Shown: piece after piece, positions 47,101-59,722 of the stretch
How the letters are laid out: every line of letters starts with the position of its first letter
How positions within the stretch are numbered: position 1 is the stretch's first letter
Assembly: GCF_039654945.1 (NCBI RefSeq)
Contig: NW_027361878.1
Location: forward strand, 23,188,001-23,252,000
DNA from: Dendrobates tinctorius
Taxonomy: Eukaryota
Direction: 5' to 3'
Length of the DNA stretch: 64,000 bases
Made by a program: the position numbers and the translations under genes
The notes under the pieces: model-generated
Databases searched by the model: none
What the model saw: the letters and a program-made list of their open reading frames with translations, nothing else
Told to the model about the DNA's origin: nothing

Positions 47101-50100
47101 TGCCAATTGGCACACAAAAGCTAGAGAAAAGGCTCAAGCTCCATTAAGACATGAAAATAGGAGAACAAAGGAGCATATAAAATTGCAAAAGTTTATTAAT
47201 ATCATATCAATAACATCAGATCAAATGGTAGGGTAATGGTACAAACAAATGAATAGTATAAGATACACAAAAGGGGAAGAGATAATGAGGGAAAGATATC
47301 TCGAGGCTCAGTGACAGCACAGATAGTATAAATAATAAGGCACATAAAGACCCCCAAAAAATGAATAAAGTGCTGATTACCCTGAAAAATAACGGCATGT
47401 GTGCAATATCAATATGGTAGAACACAGGCGGGACGGCGCTTACCTATTATAAGGATCAGATGTGGAAGATGGATCGGAAGGAGACCCCCCCCCCCCCCCA
47501 CGCGCGTTTCGCCCAGCTTCAAGCAGCTTTCTCATCCGCTATGGGTAAGCGCCGTCCCGCCTGTGTTCTACCACTATTATGGGTTTTACCCAACTTTTGA
47601 GGGCGGTTTACTGTCGGGAATTTTTACTTGCTGCAGGCATGGCACACCAATGCTCTGGGGTCCTTTTTTGTGGTTTTTATCTAGTGCGCAGTGTCGGCTA
47701 TAACATATAGGTTATATTGCCTCCAATATTGATATTGCGCACGTGCCCTGTTATTTTTTTGGGGTCTTTATGTGCCTTATTATTTATACTATCTGTGCTG
47801 TCACTGAGCCTCGAGATATCTTTCCCTCATTATCTCTTCTCCTTTTGTGTATTTTATACTGTTCATTTTTTTTGTACCATTACCCTACCATTTGATATGA
47901 TGTTATTGATATAAAATTGAAAAAGTTTATTAATATCATATGCTCCTTTGTTCTCCTATTTTCACGTAGTTATAATTTTAGTATAAACTTGAAATTATCG
48001 TCTTGCAGCAGCATTTTTGACTCAAGGCCATTTAAAAAAAAAAAAAATCCACAAAAAAACATGTTTTTGTTTTTTTTTGTTTCACAAAAACTCAATGGGA
48101 CCCTTTTTTCTGCACCCATGTCTTGAACTGAAGAACATTTGGAATAAAATGCTCACATTTTTAAAGGGAATCTGTCACCAGATTTTTTTTGCTCCCCTAT
48201 CTGAGAGCAGCATAATGTAGAGACAGAGACCCTGATTCCAAGCAATCTGTCACTTAATGGGCTGCTTGTTGTAGATATTGTTGAAGTTGTTAAAATCCTC
48301 ATTTTCTAGCAGTCCTCTGAATGCTGAGCCCTGTATAGGCCTGCCCACACCACTGATTTTCTGCTTTTGTGTACTGTGCATAGGCAGAAAGCAGCCAATC
48401 AGTGGTGGGGACGGGGTTGGACAACCTGGCAGCAGGTTTACTAGTCCTTTAGTGATAAAGTCACTGTTTTATCAGCAGGAGATTATCAAAACTACAGCAT
48501 GCAGCTGAGTAAGTGACACATTGCTGGAATCAGGATCTCTCTCTCTATCATGCAGCTTTCAGATTATGTGACAAAAACCTGGTTACACATTCCTTTTAAT
48601 CCTTTTAATTTTGTGCATCTGGTCTATCTTTTAAGTTGGAAAATTAAAGCGCTATATTTGCCCAGATATGGACTTTTTTGGAATTTTTTTTTTTTATTGT
48701 TTCCTGTCCGTTGCCCAAGTTATCGACCACCTCTGCAGTCCATCAGCAGTGGCTGAACTTGCTCAGTGTTTCCCCATCCAGCTGAGCTCTCGTAGGACGT
48801 GCCCCCTTCAGGCTGATAACGTACATTTTGTTATGTTTACTTGTCGTCCTCTTTGTGTTTTTCCCCAGACGCACCTGCCTGGATACGTGACTCAGTCTGA
48901 CGACTTGAAATCCCGCGGGGCGGAAGTAATCGCCTGCATCTCGGTCAATGATGTCTTTGTTGTAAGCGAGTGGGGGAAAGTACATGGCGCCGATGGGAAG
49001 GTAAAGGAAAGATGTTGTGCCCAGATTGAGTCATTGTGTGACATGTTATATACTGCAGTGTGCGGGAGGTGAAACGTCTTCACTTCTGAAGCAGTTCTTT
49101 ATTAAAGTGGTAGTGCGCCCAGCATAGTAAGCAGAAAAGTATTGGGACATACTGGACCTCCTTGGAATGATCTTCTGACTGTTGCGAGACTTAACTATGA
49201 AAAGTAGTTATGAATTAGGACAATTCCATTAAATTGTGCTCACCCCATTTTCTAAATCTGCACTGGGTTGTATTGTCTCGAACACTTACACACTATCATG
49301 TGCATTGTTTACCGTGGCACGGTCTGGGGTTTTTTTTTTGTTTTTTTGTTTGCCCAATACCCCCTTTCAAATTATGCCCCTGCTATCTGAAGCTGGGAAG
49401 ACAAGTGTGGCGTTTTCGCTCCAAGGGTTAAATGTTTCGTCAGGTAGTGTGTTGCGTAACCCTCAGAGTTGGCCGCCGTCCACTTTTCTGGTTGAATAAC
49501 ATGAGTGCGCGGGGGAATTCTGTGCACATCAGGGCGGCACTGAAGCACAAACTATTAGACAACTGGCACAACTTCTGGTATGTCACAATGAGACATCAGA
49601 AGTTTTTTTTTTTTCTTTTTTTTGTTTTGTTTTTTTTTATGTAGTTTCCGGATGCCAAGACTTATACTAATCTCTGGATAAAGGGGTGAACGCCATCAGC
49701 TAAATTCTGGCTTTAGACTATCAGTTCATACATTCCTCTGCTCACCAGCTGAAATAAAGCAGATCGGGCTCTGAGCCCGTGCCATCTGAACCCCAACCAA
49801 TCGTACACAGAACTTCCGAAATATAAAGTTTGTGTTTTTTTTTTTTTTTTGTTTTTTTTTTGCCATATAACTACTGTAACCCTTTAAAGGAATATTACTG
49901 TACTGTTTAATTGTTGCTGATATGGGATTGAGTGATATTTTTAGCTTTACTCACAGCCAAAGTTAAATGAGAAATTCTAAAGCTATGTACACGTTTTTTT
50001 AGAATTTTTTTTTTTTTTTTTTTTGGGAAAGGGTACTCTTACAAAAAAAAAAAAAATTGCTCGATAGACACTACCTATTCCTTTGTACCATAAACTTTTC

Positions 50101-52799
50101 AGCTTTTTTTTTTCCCCTCCACTACGGGTTTTGACAAAACACCTGGTGGGAAATGCTTTTTTTTTTTTTTTGAAAGCTGTTCCTGATGGAATCTGCTCCA
50201 AACTAGGCACTTTCCAATCAAAAATCTGCAAAAAAAAAAAAATAACTAAAACTCTTCAGAGACTAGGTTTATCCGAAAACGCATCATTTTTGACCTCCTC
50301 AAAAAAAAAATCTTACTTTTTTCCTACAAGTGGTGAGCAGCACATTGCACGAGCACATATAACAGAGCTTGTGGGTCACAAACTAAGTCTAAGGAGCAAA
50401 CATCAGTTTTTACTAAATTCATTCCTGGGAAAACAAAGTGCACATACGCCATCCCTGGCAATAGTTGGACATGCGCAAAATCTTAGGTGGGGGATCAGGT
50501 CAGAGACACTGACATCTTGCACAGGTGCCATCAATTCCGGGAGGGGCAACGCATGCGCAAGTGGATAGCCCGGCTCTCGCAATGTCTTGAGGATGTTACT
50601 GCACATGCGCTACCCCTGGAAATGATGGCACATGCGCAAAATCTCAGACGGGGGAGCACATCACAGACACGGTCATCTTGAGCAGGCGCCATCATTACTG
50701 GCGGGGGGCCATGCATGCGCAGATTGATAGCTTGGCTCTCGTGATTTCAGATGGGAGAGCAGGTCACAGACACTGACATCTTGCACAGGTGCCATCATTC
50801 CTGGGGGAGGCCATGCATGCGCAGATGGATAGCCCGGCTCTTGCTATTTCATGAGGATTTTACTGCGCATGCGCTATCCCTGGAAATGATGGCACATGTG
50901 CAAAATCTCAGATGCGAGAGCAGGTCACAGGCACTGACATCTTTCACATGCGCCATCATTCCTAGGGGAGGCGACGCATGCGCAGATGGATAGGCAGGCT
51001 ATCACAATGTCTTGAGGATGTTACTGCGCATGCACCATCCCTGAAAATGATGGCAGATGTGCAAAATCTCAGGTGGGAGATCACATCACAGGCACTGACA
51101 TCTTGCGCAGGCGAAATCATTACTGGGGGGCCACGCATGCACAGATGGATAGCCCTGCTCTCGCGATATCATGAGGATGTTACAGCGCATGTGCCGCGTC
51201 GGGAGAAAACGACAATTGCACGAGATGTCGGCAGGTCCCAGATATTGACATTTTGCACAGGCACCATCATTCTCAGGGGTGACACATGCACAGATGGATA
51301 GTCCGTCTCTCACAATGTCATGAGGATATGCATGCGCCACTGGGAATTACTTCACTTGCATGAGATGTCGGCTGGGGAGCAGGTTGTAGAGAAAAGTGAC
51401 CCGTCAATCACTGGCAGGAGAAAGGGAGGGAGAGAAGCCCGTTGCACTTGCGAGCCCATTTGCAATGGAGACAAGGACTTGTAATATAAATGTATGGAGG
51501 TGATGACTTTACTTTGTCTAAAAACCTGATGACTGTTTCCCTTTTAAAGCATAAATAGTGCAAAAAACATGAACTGCAAGAAAATGATTGCAGTAACGAC
51601 ACACGGCATCTATTCTCCGGTCCTCTGTAACTAGATCACAAAAAATCAGATAGAAACAATTTGTTCGTATTTGTATCAGATGATCCACTGATCAGTCCTG
51701 TCCTTCTCTTGTAGGTCCACATGTTAGCCGATCCATGCGGAGACTTTTCCAAGGTAATTACGATGAATCCTGAATTACGACCTATAAATAACTAGCGCTG
51801 GGCCTAGTTTTCTGTTGAGTACTGTTTTGAAGCTGGCCAGGATCCCCGGAGTGCGCTGTTACCTCCTAATCCCGACCAGCTTCAGTACAGGGCTTTACAA
51901 TCAAGACCGCAGCGGCGGTCGGTCTCCAAGGCAACAAGCTGTAAACCAAAGAAAATGTTAATATCTCGACAACGGATGCAAATTTTAAGAAACAGTAAAT
52001 TGTTAAATTGCTTGTATTTACCAGCACGATCTGGCAAGATCCATCTATGAAGATGGAAAGAAACTTTAAGGAAATATTGTAATGTATTTTTCATCAGTTT
52101 TATAAAAGTTGGATTTGAGTAGGGTTTGCTATAAAATAATATGCCGCGGACTCTGCAGCCCCAGCCAATCCTATAGTGATAATCGACCGTCACTGATCCT
52201 CATGGCTGCTGTAACTTATTGCCAAGATATACATCTATTGTGCGATAGGATTAGGATCTGGGCGCTCGCTGACTTCTCACATTTTGCTCACAGGCTGCTG
52301 GATTACTGCTGGAGAAGAAGGATCTGGAAGATATTTTTGGAAATAAACGTTGCAAAAGGTAAAATTTCGCAGCGCTGGGGAAATACATGAACGTTTTTCT
52401 TCGTATTCGTTTTTTTTCCTCCCCTTCTTACAAGAGCTATAACTTTTTTTTTTTTTTTCTTTGTTTTTTTTCCATCCATATGAGAGGTTGCTTCTTGTGG
52501 TACGAGTTATACTTTTGAATGACACCATTCATTTAATAATATGATCCCCTGAAAAGCAGGGAAAAATATTCGCTGCCAATGACACTGCCGTTGACATTGG
52601 CAAAAAGAAAAGTGCAATTCTACAATTGTTTTGCGTTTTTTTTTTTTCCCAGTTACATTGTTTATTATATGCTAAGCAAACGTGGCGGTATGTTTTTCCA
52701 GGTCAGTACGAGTGCGAACATGCCAATCATGTCCCGTTTTTTTGGGGTTTTTTCTTTTTGTTTTTGTTTTTTTTTTAAGTAGTGGAAAAAAATGTGGAA

Positions 52800-52838
<39 letters not shown>

Positions 52839-54804
52839 GCTTTTGTCTCCTTCTTCCGAGATGCGTAACATTTGACAAATTTTTTTGGAATCTGGATCTG
52901 GTGAGGGCTTATTTTTTTTGACATTTTTACTGATACCATTTTGGGATAGATACAATGTTTTGATCGCCTCTTATTGCAAGGTTGCGACGATAAAAAAAAA
53001 ACTTAGTTTTTTTTTTAATTCTCTGGTTACACTGAAACCAATCAGATTCCTTATTTTGCGCAGACTTTTACAACTGCAGCGATACTAAGTATGTGATTTT
53101 TTTTTTATTTTTTTTGTATCTAGTACTTCCCTTACGGGAATTGAAGCTGTGGATAGTCTAATTATTTGCCGCGCCGCTATATATAGTGAAAATCATGGTT
53201 CCTTATGAACGCCAGCTAAACACTGACTTTCACAGGAGAATTGTAATGACAAGTGTGGGAACTTTAGCAGATGCCCAGCTGTCATATCAATCCATCAGCG
53301 CCCCATAATCGCATCATGGGCGCGCCTATGGGCCCGAGGAATGACATTGTTCCCATGCCAGTGCCATCAGAGATTATCCGCTGCATTTAACAGGCGCAGC
53401 TCTGCTCCACCCGCGCCTGTTAGAGGCAGATGATGGCTGGTTAAATCAAGTAAAAAAACAAGTAATACGTGCTACCAATAATTCCTTGTTCATCCTACAT
53501 GGTTGATCACTTGTTTTGTGCTCACATTTTAAATATATTGATTATAGATTCTAAACGCATTACTGGTGCCCGTTTTAATCAATGTACAAGAAAGGGGAAG
53601 CGCCAAGTGTTTTTTTTTTTTTTTTTTTTTTTTCTATTAATAAAATAAAAGATATGTTGTAAGGTTTTGCAAATCCACCTTGGTCAGTGGTATTTGATGT
53701 TCCTGTTATCCATCATGCAATGGGTCTGTGCATCAAAGCAACCTGCAATGCTTCTTTGTTTTAATTAAACTTATTTAGAAAAAGAGCTTAAAATTGCCGC
53801 AGATTTGGGCACAAATATGTGCCTACCTTTTTAGTTTAGTTAAATACTTTGTAAAAAAATGCCTGATTTCCACTGATTCTGCCACTTATTTTCCGTTTTG
53901 AGCTGCGTCACTCCATTGCAGAGAGAGCCACATTTGTTGCTCTCGGATCGCAGTATGTGAAATCTCTGCTTGCTGTGCAACCAGGTGTCCCTTTAGTTTT
54001 TATTTTTTTTCGAGGTGTGCACTTTCACCTTTCGCTCCCAGAACCTGCCAATCGCTGTATCTGTCTGCTCGATCAGCTGTCTGTGATCTATTTGTTAGGC
54101 AATCCATGCATGTGTTGCAGCTGTCGAACAGCCGTGAGACGTGCAGCCGCGGCGACTCAAGCATGCTCAGATAACACCGTATCCGAGCACGCTCGCTCAT
54201 CACAGTACTGTATTATGCTGCTGCTTTTCTGCATGTAAATCTGTGCTAAAAATGCTCACTAAATCTGCATCGTGTGAATTACCCTTTACTTACACACTAT
54301 ACACCATGAAGTTCTGGTTGATGTAGGTCCCATGTCTGGGACCACAATGATCTGCAGACTTGAGTGTTCATTGACCGATTTATGCAACCAGGCACGGGAT
54401 GAATGGAGAGATGTCTAATTTCTATGACTTATCCTGTGAGTTCGCTAGTAATGTTGGCTAGGAATGCTTCGAGTGCAGTCAGATGGCCGTGTAAATCGGA
54501 CTGAGATCGAAACTCAGTGCATGGACTGGCTGCTGGCTCTCCTGACCATACCATGATGGCTTCATACAGTTGGGAGAGCCACCGGCCAGTCCGTACACTG
54601 CGTTCCAATCTCGGTCAGATTTATACAGCCATCTGACCGCGCCTTTTAACCAAGTTGCTCTTCAAGAATCACTGATGTTCCTTATCCTTCTTCCTTAGGT
54701 TTTCTATGATAGTTGAAGGTGGGAAGGTGAAAGCCATTAATGTAGAAGAAGACGGGACAGGACTAACTTGCAGTCTGGCTGGAAGTATACTGTCTCAGCT
54801 GTAA
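44070..54804 (+). CDS. prdx5: Peroxiredoxin-5, 189 aa long form and 162 aa short form from ATG 44151, spliced CDS
   Basis: join(44070-44162,46260-46394,48869-49000,51715-51753,52294-52358,54699-54804) = 570 nt; peroxidatic PGAFTPGCS, resolving GTGLTCS, C-terminal PTS1-like SQL. Confidence 0.96.
46260..46394 (+). CDS. prdx5: prdx5 exon 2
   Basis: VGDPLPDVQIFEGGPG...GVLFGVPGAFTPGCSN; 135 nt. Confidence 0.96.
47149..47967. repeat. Long intronic inverted repeat (Penelope-like fold-back)
   Basis: 47149-47415 is inverted at ~47725-47967, and 47416-47444 at 47544-47572; the centre has minus-strand GAAGC..GCGAAACGCGCGT. Confidence 0.85.
48165..48595. mobile_element. T2/Kolobok-type MITE
   Basis: TTAA flanks; TIR AGGGAATCTGTCACCAG / CTGGTTACACATTCCTT. 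Confidence 0.65.
48869..49000 (+). CDS. prdx5: prdx5 exon 3
   Basis: THLPGYVTQ...IACISVNDVFVVSEWG...DGK; 132 nt. Confidence 0.96.
50440..51375. repeat. Diverged ~160-bp tandem repeat rich in GCATGCGC motifs
   Basis: GAGGAT..TACTGCRCATGCGC landmark recurs at ~50589, 50853, 51014, 51173 and 51322. Confidence 0.8.
51715..51753 (+). CDS. prdx5: prdx5 exon 4
   Basis: VHMLADPCGDFSK; 39 nt, AG/GT. Confidence 0.93.
52294..52358 (+). CDS. prdx5: prdx5 exon 5
   Basis: AAGLLLEKKDLEDIFGNKRCK(R); 65 nt, phase matches exon 6. Confidence 0.93.
54699..54804 (+). CDS. prdx5: prdx5 exon 6
   Basis: (R)FSMIVEGGKVKAINVEEDGTGLTCSLAGSILSQL-stop. Confidence 0.96.
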
Positions 54805-54912
54805 GGTGGAATCCTACACGACATATCATGTGTTTAACTTCTCGGAGTAATACTGCGTAGCATTACAGAATTACCAGTATCTTCATCAATGGTGTAATAG
54901 AACACAATCCTT

Positions 54913-54918
54913 AATAAA
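54913..54918 (+). terminator. prdx5 polyadenylation signal
   Basis: AATAAA ~110 nt after the stop codon. Confidence 0.75.
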
Positions 54919-55932
54919 GACAATACTTCTACCTGAAGTTTGCTCTCATTATTATCATGGGATGTATCTCGCTATGTCAGGACAGATCTTCCAGTTTATA
55001 AAGTTTACAGCAGTTTCCTTATCGTCAGAGGCAGGATTATAACTTTGACAGGTAACACCTCTATAACAATAGGTGATATCACAGCTGACGTCCTCCCCCT
55101 CTGTTTACAATGACCTTTGCACACCCTCATTAGATGTTTCAATTCAAAAGATAGGGTCAGTGTCTGTTTATTGTGGCTAATGTGCATGTATTGTTTCCTG
55201 AAACAGGAAGTTAGAGTCTAAAATTGCCCCAGTGGTCAGTGTGAAAATTACAAGATTTCTACTTTTAAGAAAGGTTGTGATATGAAAACAAAAAACATCC
55301 AACTTTTTTTTTTTTTTTTCCAAATGCATTTAACCCAAAAACTTTATTTAAACTATCGGTCATTTTCCTTTGACCCATTCTCTTTAATGATGCAACCAGT
55401 TTTGGCTTTGTGGACACAGCCCCATTTTTCAAATCTGTCATCACTTTACATGGTAATAACTTTAGAATACTTACCGAAACACTGATTCCTAAGACAAAGG
55501 TATGGGGTTATTCAGCATCACAGCGGCTTAGCACAGATTATTTTCGTTTGGGGAACAAAACCTGCTGACGGTTTCCCTTTTATAAAAACAAATATATCTT
55601 TTTAATTGATACCCTTTTTTTTTACCCTGTAATAGTTTGTTTTTTTAACAATTTTTTTTTTTTATACATTTTACTGCGATCGGTCCCTAGGCAGCATGCA
55701 TTTTGTCAGCGGCACGTTCCCTGTTTGCCCCCCTCCATAAACAATCCAATTAGCTGACATATAAGTGTGGACATTATGACACATTGCCGCTGGGTTCACA
55801 TTTTAATGGCGCTGATTTTCCACAAATAAAATCTGCAGCATTTTTACATTAAAAGTAAAGTGCACAAGTTTTCACTTAATTCACGTATTTGCATTATTTT
55901 TTTGTGCAGCTTCCACGCAAAAATCGTTTTTG

Positions 55933-55968
<36 letters not shown>

Positions 55969-57813
55969 TGTGCCGTTTTCACGCAATAATTCTGAGCTGA
56001 TCTGCATTTTTCTGTGTGTATTTTCTACAGCAAAAATTCACATAAATGCATGAACTATTGCTGAAAACATGAGCAAATTTTTAAATATGTGCATAAAATC
56101 CACATCAATAATGTAACCTGTGAACGCGGCCTTGATGAATGAGGCCTGACGGGCATTATCCTGTAGAAACTGCACACAGGGAACAGTGATCTCTGAAATA
56201 CTCTGTGCTCCATACACTGTACGGGTGGTTATTGGGTGCACACCTACTGGCATCTAAAGTTAACGCGACGTACAGTCATCCTATCCGGGGCCAAACTCGG
56301 AGACTGCGCAATGGTAAACTTCTGGCATCTTAGTGACTGTGGTAAGAAGAGGGAGGATACAGGACTTAGAGAGAGGAACTGATCTATGTGCAGAAACCAC
56401 AGTGACGCTGAGAAGTGTAATGTACGGAGGACACGGGGGAGACGACTGAGCGACAAGACAAATACACAAAGATAAAAATGTCTTCTAAAGTGCCGGAGAG
56501 ATAGCGGAGGAGACCTAACAGCGTGTACAGCAACTGGAAGACATGGATGGCCAACAGGGGCCGACCATCGACCACCTAATGGATGGAGCTCTGGTCACAT
56601 GGGTAAGAAAGCCCTTGATGCATTTTTGCCTTTATGCACAATTAATATATGGATTTATTTATTGTGATGTATAGAATCACACATGTCGTCATAAGCGTCA
56701 GCGCTGTGTTATCTGGCGGTGCACAATGCAGTGGCGAAACCTGGCTTGCAAGCTCGGGAGGGTGGGACATTCAAGTATTGCATCCTCTATCCCAATAATA
56801 ATAATGTCCAATCAGTGTCCTAATAGAACAAATGATGCCCCTTTTAGAAAGTATTATTTACCCCTTAAATATAATGATGTCCATTTTGCCCCCCTCCAAA
56901 AGTAACAATGCCACCTTTGTGCCATCCCCCCAAAAAAAGTTTACACTCCCCTATTTCGACTGACCTAATGCTTTTCTCTATCACCGCACAACAGGTGGCA
57001 CAGTGCAATGACATCATTGTGCCGCCTGTGCGAGGACGCTGACATCTTGGAGCAGCGTACAGGACGGGCGGCACTATGGTTCCTTTCTCTACCTTCATGT
57101 TGACGTTGATACATCTCAAAGTGGCGCTCACCTGGAGTAATGAGGACTCTGGCACAGGCTCCAAATCTTTAGCGCTAGCGGCAACACTGCTACATTATTT
57201 TTTCTCTTGCAATAATGCGCCAACAGCAATCGTCCTTGTATATACATATCTACCTCTGAACTGTGCCACCGGCTCCAGATATATCATATATTCTACTTTC
57301 CACATACCTCTATGTATCACTAGTGCAAAGTGCAACAAGTGTTGAGGAAACTGTATGTTGGGCAAATCCATTTCATCATTTTCCGACGTTTTCTGTCTCC
57401 CTCCTCCTCCAGTGCAGGCTTATCAGCCTGACATACACCCAGATACTTATCGCACAGATCTCAACGCGTTTCGGACAACTTTATTGCTATTATTTGCTGA
57501 AGAGTTGCTATTGTCTACAGACGTAGCAGAGTTGAGCTAGTCATACAGTACAACAAATATCACTATCTTATTTGTGGATTTGCATAGGACTTCTGCCAAC
57601 TCTTACTTTAAACCAATAATTTGCAGAGAAAAACTGGCTTGTGCTAATAATAACCTTGGCACATTACCGCTCCATTTGATCATGCGAGTATGGCAGACAT
57701 GCTGCTTCTTCTTGGCATGAAATATTATTAAGAATGTACCCAGCTCAGACATTAGTAAAATCTGTAATGATTATTTAAGATTCGTTTAACAAGTAGTTAC
57801 TGTACTTCCACAC

Positions 57814-59377
57814 ATTGTCCATGGGAGACGACCAACACGTTTCTGCTGCATGTAGCACTCTTACACATGGCGTACAACACATTGGTGGTTTCTCATAGAC
57901 AATCTCTGGATCTACATCATGAGTAAGGTTGCTACGTACGCCTGTACCGTGTTGGTGGTTTATCATGGATATCTGTAGATGTACGCCATGAATAAGGGTG
58001 CTACACACACCCGAAACGCGTTAGTTGTGTCTCATGAACAATCTCTGGTAGTACACCATGAGTAAGAGTGCTATACTAACCTGAAATGACGGTGGTTGCT
58101 CATGGTCAATCTGTAAATATACGCCATGAGTAAGGGTGCTAAACACAACAGAATCGCGTAGATGGTTTCTCATAGACAATCTCTGAATCAACGCCATGGG
58201 TAAGGGTGGCAAATTCACCTTTAACTCATTGATGGTTTCTCATGGACAATCTCCGGATGTACACTATATGTAAGGGTGCTACACAGACCAGAAACATGTT
58301 GGTGGTTTCTCATGGACAATCTTTGTGTTTGTGCTACACACACCAGAAACGCGTTGGTGTTTCTCATGAATAGTTTCCAGATGTACGCCATGAGTAAGGG
58401 TGCTACCGACACCATAAATGCATTGGTGGTTTCTCATGGACAATCTGTAGATATATATGCTATGAGTAATGGCGCCGCACACACCCGAATCGCGTTAGTA
58501 GACAATCTCTGGATGTAGAATATATGCAGACATGGGGTTTCTTGGAGGTGCTATCGAAATCTGAGTGGGATCCTATTATACGTCAAGAGAATTATTCACT
58601 GCACACTCAATGAGTGAAGCAGAAGTGAAGACGTTTATTTACAGTGGTGCTGTACAGCGTGCTATAAGGATACTTTCATGTTTCTGGCTTCTCCTCTACT
58701 ACCCTACTGTGACATTTTGAAAAAGATTCCCTGAATCAAAATGTCAATTATTCAAAGACGTAATCAAGAAGAAAATTCTCTTTTTCTCTGAATGTACGCC
58801 ATGAGTATGGGTGCTACACGCACCAGAAACGCATTTGTGGTTTTTCATTAGCAATCTTTGGATATGCACCATGGGTGCTACACACACCAGAAACGCACTG
58901 GTGGTTTCTCATGGTAAATCTGTGGATGTACGCCATGGGTATGGGTGCTACACACACCAGAAACGCATTGGTGGTTTCTCATGGACAATCTGTGGATGTA
59001 CGCCGTAGGTATGGGTGCTACACACACCAGAAACGCATTGGTGGTTTCTCATGGACAATCTGTGGCTGTACGCCATAGGTATGGATGCTACACACACCAG
59101 AAACGCATTGGTGGTTTCTCATGGACAATCTGTGGATGTACGCCGTAGGTATTGGTGCTACACACACCAGAAACGCATTGGTGGTTTCTCATGGACAATC
59201 TGTGGATGTATGCCGTAGGTATGGGTGCTACACACACCAGAAACGCATTGGTGGTTTCTCATGGACAATCTGTGGATGTATGCCGTAGGTATGGGTGCTA
59301 CACACACCAGAAATGCATTGGTGGTTTCTCATGGACAATCTGTGGATGTACGCCATGAGTAAGGGTGCTACACACAT
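57814..59377 (+). repeat. 70-bp tandem array whose monomer resembles a minimal hammerhead ribozyme
   Basis: One inverted copy 57814-57876, ~9 diverged copies 57877-58518, a unique spacer, then ~9 homogeneous copies 58793-59377. Confidence 0.9.
57984..58027 (+). ncRNA. Best-preserved minimal type-I hammerhead-like unit (A3-U8 variant)
   Basis: CGCC-ATGAATA-A-GGGTG CTACACA CACCC-GAAAC GCGT T; 5-bp stem II and palindromic stem III; stem I has a mismatch in this copy. Confidence 0.6.
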
Positions 59378-59722
59378 TTCTTTAAATGTGAATAATTAGT
59401 GCAGATCATGAAGCGCTGGTTTTTCATCCAATGACCCTTTAGTCTTATTAATACAGCTCCATTATTCTACCTGGAAACGCGTGGTTACATTAACAACTGG
59501 ACATTACCATTATCTTTTTCACTGCCAAGTGTTGCTCCTTCACTGCCGATTAGCATGAGACAGTGGAGAGACCCAGGAGGTAAGAGAATATCCAGTTACC
59601 CAATTAGGAATCCATTCCAAGGGGAATAACAGAGGAACGGTACAAAGCCGACTTTTAAGAAAAAGATGTCCAGAATTGTTATTTCATAGGAAATACCGGT
59701 ATTTACTAATAGAGACCTATCA

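Noticed and set aside
52290-52390. AATAAA-containing stretch resembling a pLTR end or early polyA site
   Set aside because: It is prdx5 exon 5; AATAAA encodes Asn-Lys.
57455-57515. Fragments GAAACGCGTT (minus) and CTGAAGAG (plus)
   Set aside because: The two halves are on opposite strands and no complete hammerhead can be assembled.
57877-59377. CRISPR-like appearance and the series of 65-68 aa ORFs
   Set aside because: Eukaryotic context, no unique spacers and no cas genes; the ORFs are frame-shifted readings of a 70-bp unit.
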